A stretch of 64,000 nucleotides of DNA from NCBI RefSeq assembly GCF_036321535.1, contig NC_087437.1, forward strand, positions 101,186,001-101,250,000, given 5' to 3'. The notes below the pieces were generated by a model, which ran no database searches, was not told the DNA's origin, and saw only the letters and a program-made list of their open reading frames with translations. This DNA comes from Camelus dromedarius (taxonomy: Eukaryota). Below are positions 13,077 through 24,925 of this stretch, one piece after another (the stretch's first letter is position 1; every line of letters begins with the position of its first letter). The translations under genes were made by a program, and so were the position numbers.

Positions 13077-13507
13077 TGTTAACTGAAACAATAAAACAGC
13101 CAGTTATTTTAGAGCAAAATGGGTTTATTCAGGAACAGCAAAGAACTGGAACTTGGGATATGCAACTATGGCTAACTACAAGCAACTTGGGTAAAAGAAA
13201 AGAAAGGAAACTCTTTTATAGAGGAGAAGGGGAACTTGGAAAGGGTTGCTATAAATCAAAAGTTAACTGGAGGAAACTAAGAATTAGAAGCTGGCTGATC
13301 TGTTGTCAGGCAAAGAGAATATCTTTCTTCCTCCAGCTGGGTGGTAGTATGAGGTAAGAGTCAATTTCCATGGGAGATACAAAGTATGTCTCTTCCTTTT
13401 GGGATTTGTATCGATGTAGTGTATTATGTTCATGTGAGCTCCCCCTTCTGACCTCCAGACTCCATTTTGGTCCATTTTAATCAGGTTTCCTTGCATTAAT
13501 TTTTAAA
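13077..13507 (-). mobile_element. ERV1-class solo LTR (MER34/MER39-like)
   Basis: Minus strand reads ..AAAATTAA..GGAAAC..CAGAAGGGGGAGCTC..TATAAAA..GAATAAACCCATTTTGCT..GTTAACA; related to the LTR at 33644-33983. Confidence 0.75.
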
Positions 13508-13842
13508 GAGACAAATGGCTCATAAAAAAGAGGAACAGACTTGTGCAAATGGGAAGAATGTTTTCCCAATGATTTGTTTGTTAGTCCGGAAAGATTTTAC
13601 TCTTCTGGCTGGCAAGTATAGAAGCTATTACCCTAGAGATATCTATGTGGCTAAATACTTCAAGGTGTGAAATACTAAAAAATAAACAACATAAATCTGA
13701 AGATTCAGGTGATGGAATTTTGGACTTAATTTGTGATTCTCATAGTTCTCACAATATGCTGCTGATAGCCTAAAGAAAGTTGATAATTGTGCAGACTTTT
13801 CCTATCAACCTCTTTCATGATCTAAATAAAATGTATGCTCTC

Positions 13843-14201
13843 TGTCTTAGTTTGGATGCCAGAACAGAATACCATAGACTTAGGGATATACAAAAGACAT
13901 AAATTTATTTCTCACAGTTCTGAAGGATGGAAGTCTGATATCTGGATGCCGGCATGCTTGGTTTCTGGTAAGAGCCCTCTTCCAGGTCGCAGACAGTCAA
14001 TTTATCATTGTGTCCTCAGATAGAGAAGGCAGATGTAATAGCTCTCTGGCCTCTTCTGGTGAGGTCACTTATCCTGTTCATGAGGGCACTACCCTCAAAA
14101 CCTAAGTACGTTCCAAAGGCACTTCTTCCAAATACAATTACAGTGGGGTTGAGATTTCAATATATGAATTTGGGAGTAACAAAAGCATTTAGTCCATGAC
14201 A
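13843..14201 (-). mobile_element. MLT1A-type (MaLR) solo LTR
   Basis: TGTCTTAGT..AATACCATAGACT..AATTTATTTCTCACAGTTCTG..TTTCAATATATGAATTTGGG..TAGTCCATGACA; full-length with TG..CA ends. Confidence 0.9.
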
Positions 14202-15204
14202 CTCCTCAAATACTTTATACCAACACCAACCACCTTCACTAGTTCCTTTGATTCTAGTTTTCACCAATCAGGATATAGTAATTATGCCCAGAATACCAGA
14301 AATGCAATTTGGTAACTGTTTTTACTTTAGGGAAAGTTTCACTTACCAAAGAAATCTCAATCCAACCATCTTGAAAAATACATCTGAAAGGAAAATGTTT
14401 TATAGTGGATGTACTACATAAAAATGTAGCTGGATAATATTTTAGACATGCATGCATACCTTTTTACTTCTCTACCTATTTCTCATTATAGGTGCTTCGC
14501 ACATATCACACAGATGTTTCTCCAAGCTGGGCAAGGTCGGGGAGGCCTGTCAGGTGTGTTCCCACAAGAGTAGTGCTGGTTCCTGGATGCTCCCAAGAAA
14601 GATGACAGGGTCTCTAAAAAGAGAGGTTTGTGCTCTTCTTGGAAGCAGAGTCATAGAATCTAGAGATTTCTGGAATCCTGAGTATGGCCCAAAATCATCA
14701 TAGAGGTGGCAGTATTGAAAATATCAACAGAGGAAAATCAGTTATCACTATGAAGTTGAACGACAAATGACCAGAGGGCCATCTCTTCAAATGCCTTAGG
14801 GCTTTATAAATTGCATAATTGCATACAACCCTAGGTTCAGGGATAGAGTCCCCCAGATTTTCTGTGATTCCAGCAGAGTAGTTGAAATCCATTTGATTTT
14901 TGGAAGATAAAGACAGGTGGTATTTCTTGCACACTTGGTTTTGAGGCCTAGGAGTCAAACCTACTAAAAATAAATATTGAACAGAAGTTAAGATTCTAGG
15001 GCAAGACAGAAATACAGTGCAACTTTTTCCTACAGAATCACAATATTTTTCTTCTGAGTGCTGGCCCTTTCCTTTGCAGCTCTGTAGGAATCAGTCTTTT
15101 ACAGGTCAGCATGAAGGGCCTCCTGAATCTGTGTAAATAAAAGCCTCGGGCAAGACCAGATATTAAAACGAAGTTCAGAGTTTTTTGAATTATTTAGTAC
15201 TTAC

Positions 15205-15411
15205 TTGCTACATCACTCAAGAAGACAGAACACAGAAAAAAAATGTGTCTTACACACACTATTTATTCCCAAATTTCTAGTTCTTTGCTCCTGCATTTTC
15301 AGAATGTCAGCAGGACGCTGTTGTCATTTCTCTGTCCACGGCTGCCCAGCCCTCACTTCTCTTACAGCTCTGGTTAGTGCATCAGAATTAGTGACCTCAA
15401 AGGGAGACAAA
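15205..15411 (-). other. Candidate non-coding spliced exon (207 nt)
   Basis: Minus-strand acceptor CTGTCTCTCCCTTATTTCGCTTCCTCTCTAG| and donor CAA|GTAAGT; stops in all three frames; lies in non-repetitive sequence. Confidence 0.3.
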
Positions 15412-15604
15412 CTAGAGAGGAAGCGAAATAAGGGAGAGACAGTCTCATCTGTGGACATCCCAAACGTGCTGTTTCCAAATTAATCACAATTGAGAAGGCC
15501 GTTCTGAATCGAGCTTGTGTTCACAGACTGGTAAATTATATAACTTGCTGTCAAAACACCCACGAAGTTCAAGGGGTGGCTTTAAGTACAGATGTGCTGT
15601 GGAA

Positions 15605-15855
15605 CCTGACAGGCTGGACTTCAGATATCATTAATTTCCCAGTCATTTTGACCTCAACGAATTATTTAATTTGCTTGGTCTTCAAGGAATGGGAGAATAA
15701 AACCTTGCTTACATGATTACTTTCAATTAAACACACATACACACAGGTGTAAACACACACCTATGCACACATACACACACACTTTGTACAGTGCTTTGAA
15801 TAATGCATGACACTCTGCTTATGGCATAGTACATAGAAGCTCCATGAATACAAAG
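15605..15855 (+). mobile_element. MIR fragment with embedded CA-rich tract
   Basis: TGACCTCAACGAATTATTTAAT..AATGGGAGAATAA..GGCATAGTACATAGAAGCTCCATGAAT, a decayed MIR core and tail. Confidence 0.45.
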
Positions 15856-16599
15856 ACAGTTTATAAGTTCTAGTATTAAACCCAAATCTTTCTTGGCTAA
15901 ATAAGATTTGAAGTAGACACTGGAAAAAATTTGGCTGCTGATAATTATACCCACCATTCTTCTGATGATTTATAATAATGTGATTATTAACTCAATCAAT
16001 CAAACTTATTCTTCATTTAACATAAGTATGTTTTCTTCTTTGGTTACTAAGATATACTTTGTTTTCTGTCTGAGATGTTTTCTCTTTCTTCATGCAAACA
16101 AATTTGAGATAAATATTGAAAAATTAGATAAATTTACTAGAAGTAACTTAAAAGACTGTTTTTATTTCATCATCAGGATGGTATAGAAACCGATTTAAAT
16201 TGTTTTGATAATGCATAAAAATGAATATATGTAACATACAATTTTTATATCATAGTTTTAATCCAGTTAATTTATTTTTAGCATAATGATATGCTAGTTG
16301 GTATGAAAATGGTCATTTTCATTACTTTTCATTTAGGAAGAAGAGTAAAAGTTGAGTTAATTGGTAATGGACTATTATTCACACATATCTAATAGTGTGG
16401 AGAAAAAGAGCCAGTATGTATTTTCTACATAAAATGGCAGCCCATTTTAATTACAAAAATTTTTTGTTTTCAGTGAATATGTGTATTTACTATGGTAAAC
16501 AGATTTTAAATCTCCCATCTTAAGTTACTGCAAAGAATGGAAATCTTCATAATAGCAAGACTAAAATCTTTAGGCCCATTGTTTTCTTTAAATTAGTGT

Positions 16600-17045
16600 A
16601 AGGCCTTGTCACTTGGACAGGACATTGTAAACTGATCCGGGTGCGTCTGAAGGCGAAGCCCAAGCACATCAAACTCTTTGACTTGATACGCAAGGGAGAG
16701 AAGTAACTTTCAGCTAATTAAGAGAAGAAAGCCATTCTGAGCCTGTCCCCAGCAGGGTGGCACAAATCCAGCAGCCTACTCCTCCAAACAGAAGGGCCGC
16801 AGTGTCCCCTGCTCTGTGCAGTGATGCTTGTCTTTAATTATAATAAAGAAATGCATGTACGTCACTTGTGTCTGTGGCCACCAGACATTAAGCCCATTGC
16901 CGCTGATTCTGACAATACAAACGTACATTTGCTAAGAGAGACACATGTCCTTGTGATTCTGGGCTTAGACTATCAAGCTTTTCTCAGTGCCTCTGTTATC
17001 CTGTGGGGAGTACTCCAGTGCTTACTCCCTGGGGCTGGGGTAAGT
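16600..17045. promoter_or_regulatory. Candidate enhancer-like island
   Basis: Non-repetitive and more GC-rich than its flanks; ~8 CpG in 16630-16930; TAATTA homeodomain cores; half-CRE TACGTCA. Confidence 0.3.
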
Positions 17046-18511
17046 ATTAAATGAACAAATTGGGATCTAGTGAGTGGAACTGTGACTTGCACATTTCAAG
17101 GGAACCATAGCTGCTCTTATTATTATCAATATTATTGCTATTATGATCCAATCCACAAAAATGACCAACTAATACTTGTTAGAAAGGAAATGCTGAAAGA
17201 CAATACGTTTGAATGCAAACTGCCAAAGTGATTTTATAATACAAAGAGTTTCAAATGTGTATTGTTTGAATAGATTAGCTAAGACAAAGGAATTATAAAT
17301 ATGTATTTTCTATTTTTATCTTTCAATTAATAACGGTTTATTTGCATGGAAAATTTATAATTAAAAATAGCCAACAAGGTTTATAATTTCTGAAATGCCA
17401 AGTGTCTTGATTGAAAACAATTATTCATTTTAATATGATAGCGAAAATACATAATTCTAAGTCCCACAAAGATACACTGATCTAAAAATGTTATTTTCAC
17501 TTATCTCCAATAAGTGGTCCTATTTTTTATATCCTTAAGAAAAACACAGTAGAGTGCTTTTCATCCAATAATCTTAGTAAGATGAAAAGTTTATCAGAAT
17601 CATTTGAAATAATAAAAAAAAAAAGCACCCTGTTTTCTGTTTAAAATCCATTGATAGACAGAATTGCCAGCCAAATGGAGACCAAAATGTTGGCTTTTTT
17701 TTTTTTTTTTTTTCCCCTGGATAGACGTTTCTGCTTACAAATATGTTACCTCTGAACTAGGTATGTATCCAGCCAGTCATTTACACAGCTGGATAATCAC
17801 AGATCTATCCTACAATTCTGTAGATTTTATGTTGTTAGGAAGAAAGTCCATGCTTGCCAGTAGGAAGACGGAGAGAGAAGGGGGCTGAATTTCCCAAGCT
17901 CAGTTCCTTCCCACCCATCAAGGAAGTCAAACCTTGTCCCCAGGGGAAGAATGACATAAAACAGAAAAAGGGCAGGAATATGGCTCTTGGAGGGTTCTGG
18001 GCACAAAACACGAAGCAGAGGAAGATTACATATTCCAATAGAAAATAAATCCAATGACTAAAATTAGAGTTTTGTTAAAATAGGTACTCCTTTTATTTAG
18101 GCTTCATGATTTCTGTTTTGTGAAATTGCAAATAATTTATTATTTCCTTAATGAGGTATTTGAAGTTACAGTGTTAGAATAATTAACCCTGATAATTACT
18201 AATTTTTCTCTGAAACACACTCTTGCCTCAAATTTATTGAACATTATTTTTTATTAACTAGCCACTTACTAACTAGCCAAAGCTCTCAAAAATATAAACC
18301 CAGGAGACCAAGGTTTAAAAATCAAAAATTCCTTTAAAATGTTACACTATTTTGTTTAATGCAATGCCAGGAAATAAAATATACTGGCTTTCACTTTCAG
18401 TAATCTGAAAATAATAGCATAAATTCTGTAAGTAATCTGATTTAACAGAAACAGGTCATGCTTTTCATTCTAAGGTCCTTGTTTAGTACGACAGAACTCT
18501 GTTTTCTGCAT

Positions 18512-18728
18512 TAATGATGCTCAAGGGTGTGATTTTCCCCCAGGAGATATTTGGCAATATCTGCAGAAAGTTTTGGTTGTCATAGGGGTTGACGGATGTG
18601 CTACTGGCATCTACAAGGCAGAGGCTATATACATTTCCATACATCAATTCCCATAGTCCCAGGGCAGCCTCCATAACAGATCATTGTCTGGCCAAAAGTG
18701 TCAGCAGTGCTGGGGTTGAGAAGCCCTG
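18512..18728 (+). mobile_element. MER20 (hAT-Charlie) DNA transposon
   Basis: GATTTTCCCCCAGGAGATATTTGGCAATATCTG..TGCTACTGGCATCTA..GTGCTGGGGTTGAGAAGCCCTG, near full length. Confidence 0.9.
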
Positions 18729-19724
18729 TTCCAGATAAATGTTACTTGACTTATCAAGGTTTGTGATACTATCAACGGAATTTACAGCTTTTTTTTTTTT
18801 TTTTTATAATCCTAGTTGATCATTGGCTGGTTTCACTTTCAACTTTTTATTTATCAGGTGAAAAAATATGCAAAGATTATAACCAGCCAGTGAATCAAAG
18901 TTCTACATGTGGTTACTTTGAGTTTATTGGAATTGATTACTCTGAATTTATGTATCTGTCTTTTTCTCTTCCTACTATAGTAGAAGCACTGCTTTTCTTT
19001 TATCCAATTTATTTGCTCAAATGTTTTGCCGATATTTAAATTTTGTTCTTTATAATGATATGAAATAGTAATTTTAGCCTACGTGTTCCTAACAGTTCCT
19101 CATATTCTTTTTGGTGATGTTAATTTTTGCATGTTGTTTATGAAAACATTACAAGTGAATTAAATAACTGATAATTAAATGATAATTCAGTTGAAGTGTT
19201 TTGACCATATTGGTATTGTTTTAATTAAGGATAAAACAATTCAATGAAGCATATTAAAACAGTGAACTAGTTATTACTTGACATTATAACTCATATATTG
19301 AAGCAGAAATTAGGGGATATAGAGATAGATGTGACTTAATCATTACATAAAATTTGATCTTATGTAATATTTATAAAAATTATCAATATAGTTATTTTCA
19401 TCTCTTATAAATTATTTTGACTACTCATATAATGTTTAGAAACAGCTTATGGATTGCCTTTTTCATTTGTACTTTCTACTTCAAACTTTACTGTGATGAA
19501 GTAAGTAATTTCCAAGTAATTTGAATTAAAGTAACTTTGGAATATGCTAATTTTCCTCAGCACTATTTAAAACAGGAAATTATGTCCAAGAAGCTAAGGA
19601 AAATTCAACCTAATTTATCCTGCTTAACAAATTTAGCACACTTTTAACATTGTAATACTTAACTGTTCGATTTATCTATCTTATTAGGAAAATATAATAC
19701 GAAAAAAAATTTTCATTGAAGTTA

Positions 19725-19830
19725 AAGTCACTGAAAAACAGAAAGCTTAAATAACTTCCTTAAGGTCACACAGCTAGTAAAACGGAGAGAAAAAGTTGAA
19801 CAAGGTAGCAGGCTCTAAACCTGTACTTAG
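19725..19830 (-). mobile_element. MIR fragment
   Basis: TTAAATAACTTCCTTAAGGTCACACAGCTAGTAA matches the antisense MIR core. Confidence 0.75.
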
Positions 19831-19839
19831 TAAAAAATT

Positions 19840-20066
19840 TTCATAAAGAGGTTAAAAGACAAAATGGAAAAGGAAAAAAAGTATTTGCAACATATGATAG
19901 TATTAAAATCCCTAATATATAAGGAAGAAAGATGAGCAGAGGAATAGAAAATTGAACACAGGTCATTGACATGATGTGCAACTCATAAAGAAGAAGAAAA
20001 ACTAGAAAATAATAATAATTTTAAAAAGATGCAGTCTCAACAAGTCAATTCAAATTAAAATGATGA
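19840..20066 (+). mobile_element. Old L1ME fragment
   Basis: AAAAGACAAA..GTATTTGCAACATATGA..CCTAATATATAAGGAA resembles late L1 ORF2. Confidence 0.55.
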
Positions 20067-20798
20067 TGTAATAGAATAAGTAATAGAACCCAGTAATATC
20101 CACATCCTCATCCCTGGAACCTGTGAGTTTTACATTACTTTGAAAAAACAAAAATAAAAACGGTCCTTGCAAATGTGGTTAAATTAAGATCTTGAGTTGC
20201 AGGATTATCCTGTATTACCCAGGTGGGCCCAAGTACTGTCACATGGATGGACATTTATAACAGAGAAGTTCAGAGAAATATTTCTATGCACACAAGAAGT
20301 TGAGGCAATGTTACCACTGAGGCAAGGATTGGAGAGATGTGACCACAGACCAAGAATGCCAGCAGCCACCAGAAGCTAGAAGAGGCCAGAAATAGATTTT
20401 CCCAAGAGTCTTAAGAGGCAGTGATATCTGTTAGCAACTTGATTTTAGCTCAGTGATGCTGATTTCAGACTTCTGTCTTCCTTCTGTCCTTTCATTTGTT
20501 TGTTTGCTCAAATTTTAATACTGCTTTTCATATAGTGTTTGTAAAATAATTACTTTTATAATATATTGTAACCAAAAATTTCAATTGATCAGAGATTTAG
20601 TTTTCACTTGTCAAACACAGAGTTAATAATCTTGAGGGGAAAATACATCAAAGGAATATATACAATTATAGACGTTATTATTACACGTCACATGGAAGAT
20701 ACTTTTTTTTTTTTTTTACTTTTTACTTATAAATTTCTGTCATTTTAAGCTACTAAGTTTTTGGCAGCTTGTTATAGCAGCAACAGAATACTCATACT
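20067..20798 (+). mobile_element. MLT1D-type (MaLR) solo LTR carrying a 247-bp foreign insert
   Basis: TCCCTGGAACCTGTGA..GATTATCCTG..CCAGGTGGGCCC..CCAGAAGCTAGAAGAGGC..TTTTAAGCTACTAAGTTT..GTTATAGCAGCAA; perfect 5-bp TSD GATGA (20062-66 and 20799-803). Confidence 0.9.
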
Positions 20799-20958
20799 GA
20801 TGACATAATCATCTTTCACTTAACAGATTAAAATGAAACCTGTCTAGGATTAATGTGACAGTGTCCAGAAGCAGAGCCATGTACAATTAGGGATTTATAT
20901 GGAATTAGATATTATTTTGAGAAAAATTGATTATTCAATAAATAGTGTGAGAATAACT

Positions 20959-21080
20959 CTAGACTATAAAATCTCCAACAGCAGGAATCATGTTCTATTC
21001 TGTTCAATACCTACCTTCAGGGCCTACTACAGAGCCTAGCATATAGAGGCCCTCAGTAAATAATTGTTACCTGAATAAAC
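20959..21080 (+). mobile_element. L2 3' end
   Basis: CTAGACTATAAAATCTCC..GCAGGAATCATG..CAGAGCCTAGCATATAGAGGCCCTCAGTAAAT. Confidence 0.75.
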
Positions 21081-21323
21081 AAACCATAAACTCCCAAACC
21101 CATTCAATTTAGTGACATGAGTTTTGTAGAATTTTCCTCAAACCTCACTCCATTCCCCTTTCTAATCTCTGAGACACATTCTATAATCACTTTCAAGTTC
21201 AAAACTTCCAGTCGGCACTTGAAAATCACATATATAAGCAATCAAAAGTATTTGTCTAAATAATTTTCATTTTGTTTTTATGAGCCAGGAATTTATATCC
21301 CTCATTACAGTTGGAGATCGCAT

Positions 21324-21733
21324 ATAAGGCAGACGTTGTAAGTCTCTCACCTTATAGCTATTCTCCCATTTTCCCTTAGGCTCACCACCCTCACTTGGAT
21401 GGGACAGCAAAGTGCTAATACAAAGACACGAGGTCTCAGTTTCCCTTGCAGTACATAGGGGCCTGGTGACCGGGTTCCTGTGTGCCAGGTAGGGGTGGGC
21501 ATCTCAGGGGTTCTCTCCTTTCAAGGCAGAAGTCTTTATTCCTACCTGGCTCTTATCCTTTCCCAAGGTCAGGGTTAGGGTTCCACATTGGAACCCAGAC
21601 ACAGAACCTGGAGCGGGAGGCCTAGAAAGCATTCCTCTGTACTTGTTAAGGAAAATACATCTGTCTTTTGCTTAAATGGTTTTGTTTGTTTTGATAATTC
21701 TGTCATATGCATCTGGATGTATTCCTAACAGAA
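21324..21733 (+). mobile_element. MLT1J-type (MaLR) LTR
   Basis: GGCAGAC..TAGCTATTCTCCC..TCCCTTGCAG..GGTGAC.., with end TTCTGTCATATGCATCTGGATGTATTCCTAAC. Confidence 0.6.
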
Positions 21734-22846
21734 GCCTGGTGGCTTACACCGTTGGAGTGATCTATCTAGGATGGCCAAGCGAGGAACTGGCAGGTCCATA
21801 TTTAAAACCTAAGCTTACCTGACTCCAAAGTCCATGTACTTTTCATGATGGTTTATTTTCTTTTGAAAGTTCATAGGTGCTCAAATGTAGTGCTTTTCAT
21901 TAGTGTGCTCATTATGCACCGTCAATAGTTTCCATTCTATCAACTAAAATAATAATATATAGATCAGTATATAGACTCCAGAGAAAATGATATATAGACT
22001 AAGCTTTCAAACAGAAGAATGAATAAAAGCAAACAGACCTTAGCACTCATTTGTGATGTTTGCCCTGAAGATGTTTTCATTAAGTTAGGAAATACCTGGG
22101 GCTAACTTAAGATGGGAAATATTTTTCCAAGTTTTTTATATTAGTTACTTTCATTAGTTGATGGTAAAATAATTTTCTTGTCTATGGCATCATTTAGACC
22201 ATGATTCTTTTTCTACAGTAGCAGCTCTCTTTTTTCCTTTTAAAACATGTTCTTAACTTAAAAAGAAAATCATTAAAATGAAACTCTATAGGTTTTCAAC
22301 AATTGTTTCAACACTTCAACCCATCGACATTTGTTAGTGTTATTGAACTATCACTATTTTAAAAATTACTCATGTTTTATTTTCAATTCTATAAATTATT
22401 TTATTTGTGAAATAAATCATGACTTTATTGAATATGAATGAAAGTATGAAATACATTTCCTGCTTCTAGGCAACATATGTTAACAGGAGTTATAGGATAT
22501 AACCATAAAAATAAATTTAGGAATATAGGATTCCATAGGATGTTCACTGGATTTACATTCAGAGATGGACTGAAAATCAAGTTTTAACATTCATTAACTG
22601 AATGACTATGGACAAATATTTCAAATTTCTTGAAACTTCATTCTGTTATTTGAATAACTAGCATAGTTACTTTTGCCAAATATTTTGGCTCTTGAAAAGA
22701 TGAAACAAAATATAACTATAAATTTTCTTTGAATACTGGTATATACTATAAAGCCCATAAGTTATATTTGGATACTAAAAATAAATTAAAAAAAAAAAAA
22801 TTTAATTTTATATTTATTATTACAAGTGAGAGCATAGTAAGCCCTT

Positions 22847-22872
22847 GGATGAATGGATAATTAAAATGTGGT

Positions 22873-22911
<39 letters not shown>

Positions 22912-23212
22912 AATATTCTATTACATATATATATATATGTAATAGAATTTTATCCAGCTTTAAAAAAGAAGGAAATCTTGCCTTTTGTGATAATATGAAT
23001 GAACCTAAAGGACATTATTATGTTAAGAGAAATAAACCAGACAAAGAAGAAAAATACTGGATGGCATCATTTGCAGGTATGTGGAATCTAAAAAAGTCAA
23101 ACTCATAAAAGCTGAGAGTAGAACGATGGTTGCCAGGGGCTAGAGATTGGGGAAAGAGGAGAGAGATTGGTGAAAAGGTACCAAGTCTCAATAATGCAGG
23201 ATGAATAAAGTG
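22847..23212 (+). mobile_element. L1MA/L1MB 3' region fragment containing (AC)15
   Basis: GGATGAATGGATAA..AATGTGGT..TTAAAAAAGAAGGAAATC..GTGGAATCTAAAAAAGTCAAACTCATA..GAGAGTAGAA..TGGTTGCCAGGGGCT. Confidence 0.88.
22875..22905. repeat. (AC)15 microsatellite
   Basis: Read directly. Confidence 0.97.
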
Positions 23213-24439
23213 AATGGTTTCAAACTTTTGAAAAGCATTTAAAAGCATATTAAATTAGATATGCATGTATAATTTTTACCTATGAAGTATATTTTATGAC
23301 TCTGTCCCTCTTAATTAAATTAACTTTTATTTGAGGCTTTATGTGTATGGATATTTATTGCTACATTTTCCATAATGACCAATGAAAAAGAAAAAAACTA
23401 CAAATACAGTGTATATTCAAGGAATAGCTAAGTAATGTTTTATCTAACTCATGGAATAATATGAAATTGTACAAATGAACATTAATTTTATTTCCTTCCT
23501 TTCAACCTTAAAACACTTCTGTTGTTTATCTCAGAAAAAATTGTGAACTAAACTTTAATTTTTCCAGATCTGCTTAATAACATCCTTCTTCAGAATCCTG
23601 TTTCAATAACGTTGTCATTTGTTCCTTTTTCCCCCAGCAGTGCTCCTCCACTCTGACTCCTTATAATCTCAAAAAATATGGATAAGATTCTTCTATTCTA
23701 AAAAATAAAAATAAAAACAAAACATTTTAAAAATAAAAGCTTTCCTGTTATATTTTGCCACATCAATCTCTCTAGTACCTTACAGCCATGTCAGTCCTCT
23801 CCAAGTCCTCGTCATTTGTTAATAAAGCTTCAGGGACTGGCCCCGCCTTTGGTAAAACTAGTCCCTCATAAATTTGCAGAGATCTCCATGGTACCAAATC
23901 TCATAACTCTACAATCTTCATGTCTATGACATAATTGAGCATCTAAACCTGGAAACAAAGGAATATAAGCCAGGTTCATGACAGTAAGATTAGAAACAAG
24001 GAAATACATTTAGAAATATTTAAATGATAAACCATGATTGATTAATTATTGAATAAAAGAACTTGTTGACTCTTTGGATATCAGATATTGAAAAGAAGAG
24101 ATCTATCTGTCTATCTATCTACCTATATTTTTATGGCTTGAATGAAGGGTGATACTAGAAGCAGAATTATATTTTATAAGCAAAGGATACTACTCACAAG
24201 GAAATGATGAGGCAATTGTAAATCTAACTGTGAGATAACTGGCACATTTCATTAGTAGGATAAGAGTCTGAAGATTATTGAAAAATACAGAATCTATAAA
24301 GAATCTAAGTCATTCTGAGAGAGATTTAGGAAGAAGTGACAAGTTGGCCAGAGTTAGATTTCTGGGAATACTAAAGTTCTAGAAATACATATATGAAAAG
24401 AAACCCTAGGGGAGGTGGAAAGTGAACACAGAATTTGAA

Positions 24440-24925
24440 TGGAATATTTTCCATTTGCTCTTTCATGTGCTCTGTTCACCAAGCTTCACACTGCCTTGTG
24501 CTCCAGGAGCAAACCCTGAGGACCGGCTTATGCCGGCTGTCTCAGTTTAATTTTTAATAGTTCACTTGTTCATTCTCAAAAATGTCTTTGGGCAATAAGT
24601 TATATCCCTACCAGGACACTCTTATCCTGTGGCTTCCCTTTGGCTTCTGCCAACAGAGATCAGATGGAGGGGGAAGAACTCAGACAAAGGATGTATTTTT
24701 GTAGCAGCCTTCCTTGCCTTGTCACGAGCCTTGCCTTGTGGGTTGGTTGTTACTCACCTTATTGCCCCTAGCTGACACTAACCACTGGTGAGGGACATGG
24801 GGGACAGTTAAGTTTCCTTATCATTCCCAGCTTTTTTACCCATCATTTTTCATGAACTTTTAATTAAATTTTTCTCAGTTATTCCGTTGGAATGTGCCAT
24901 GTGTTTTTGCTATCCTGATTAGGTC
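24440..24925 (+). mobile_element. LTR33-type (ERVL) LTR
   Basis: CTGCCTTGTGCTCCAGGAG..TGGCTTCC..GCCAA..GAGATCAGATGG.., with end ATTAAATT..GAATGTGCCATGTGTTT..CCTGAT. Confidence 0.55.
24521..24610 (+). mobile_element. MER94-like (hAT-Blackjack) fragment inside LTR33
   Basis: CCGGCTTATGCCGGCTGTCTCAGTTTAATTTTTAATAG..CATTCTCAAAAATGTC..ATAAGTTATAT..CCCTA follows recalled MER94. Confidence 0.55.

Noticed and set aside
16749..16763. CTCF site CCAGCAGGGTGGCAC
   Set aside because: One base too many between CCAGCAG and GGC relative to the core motif.
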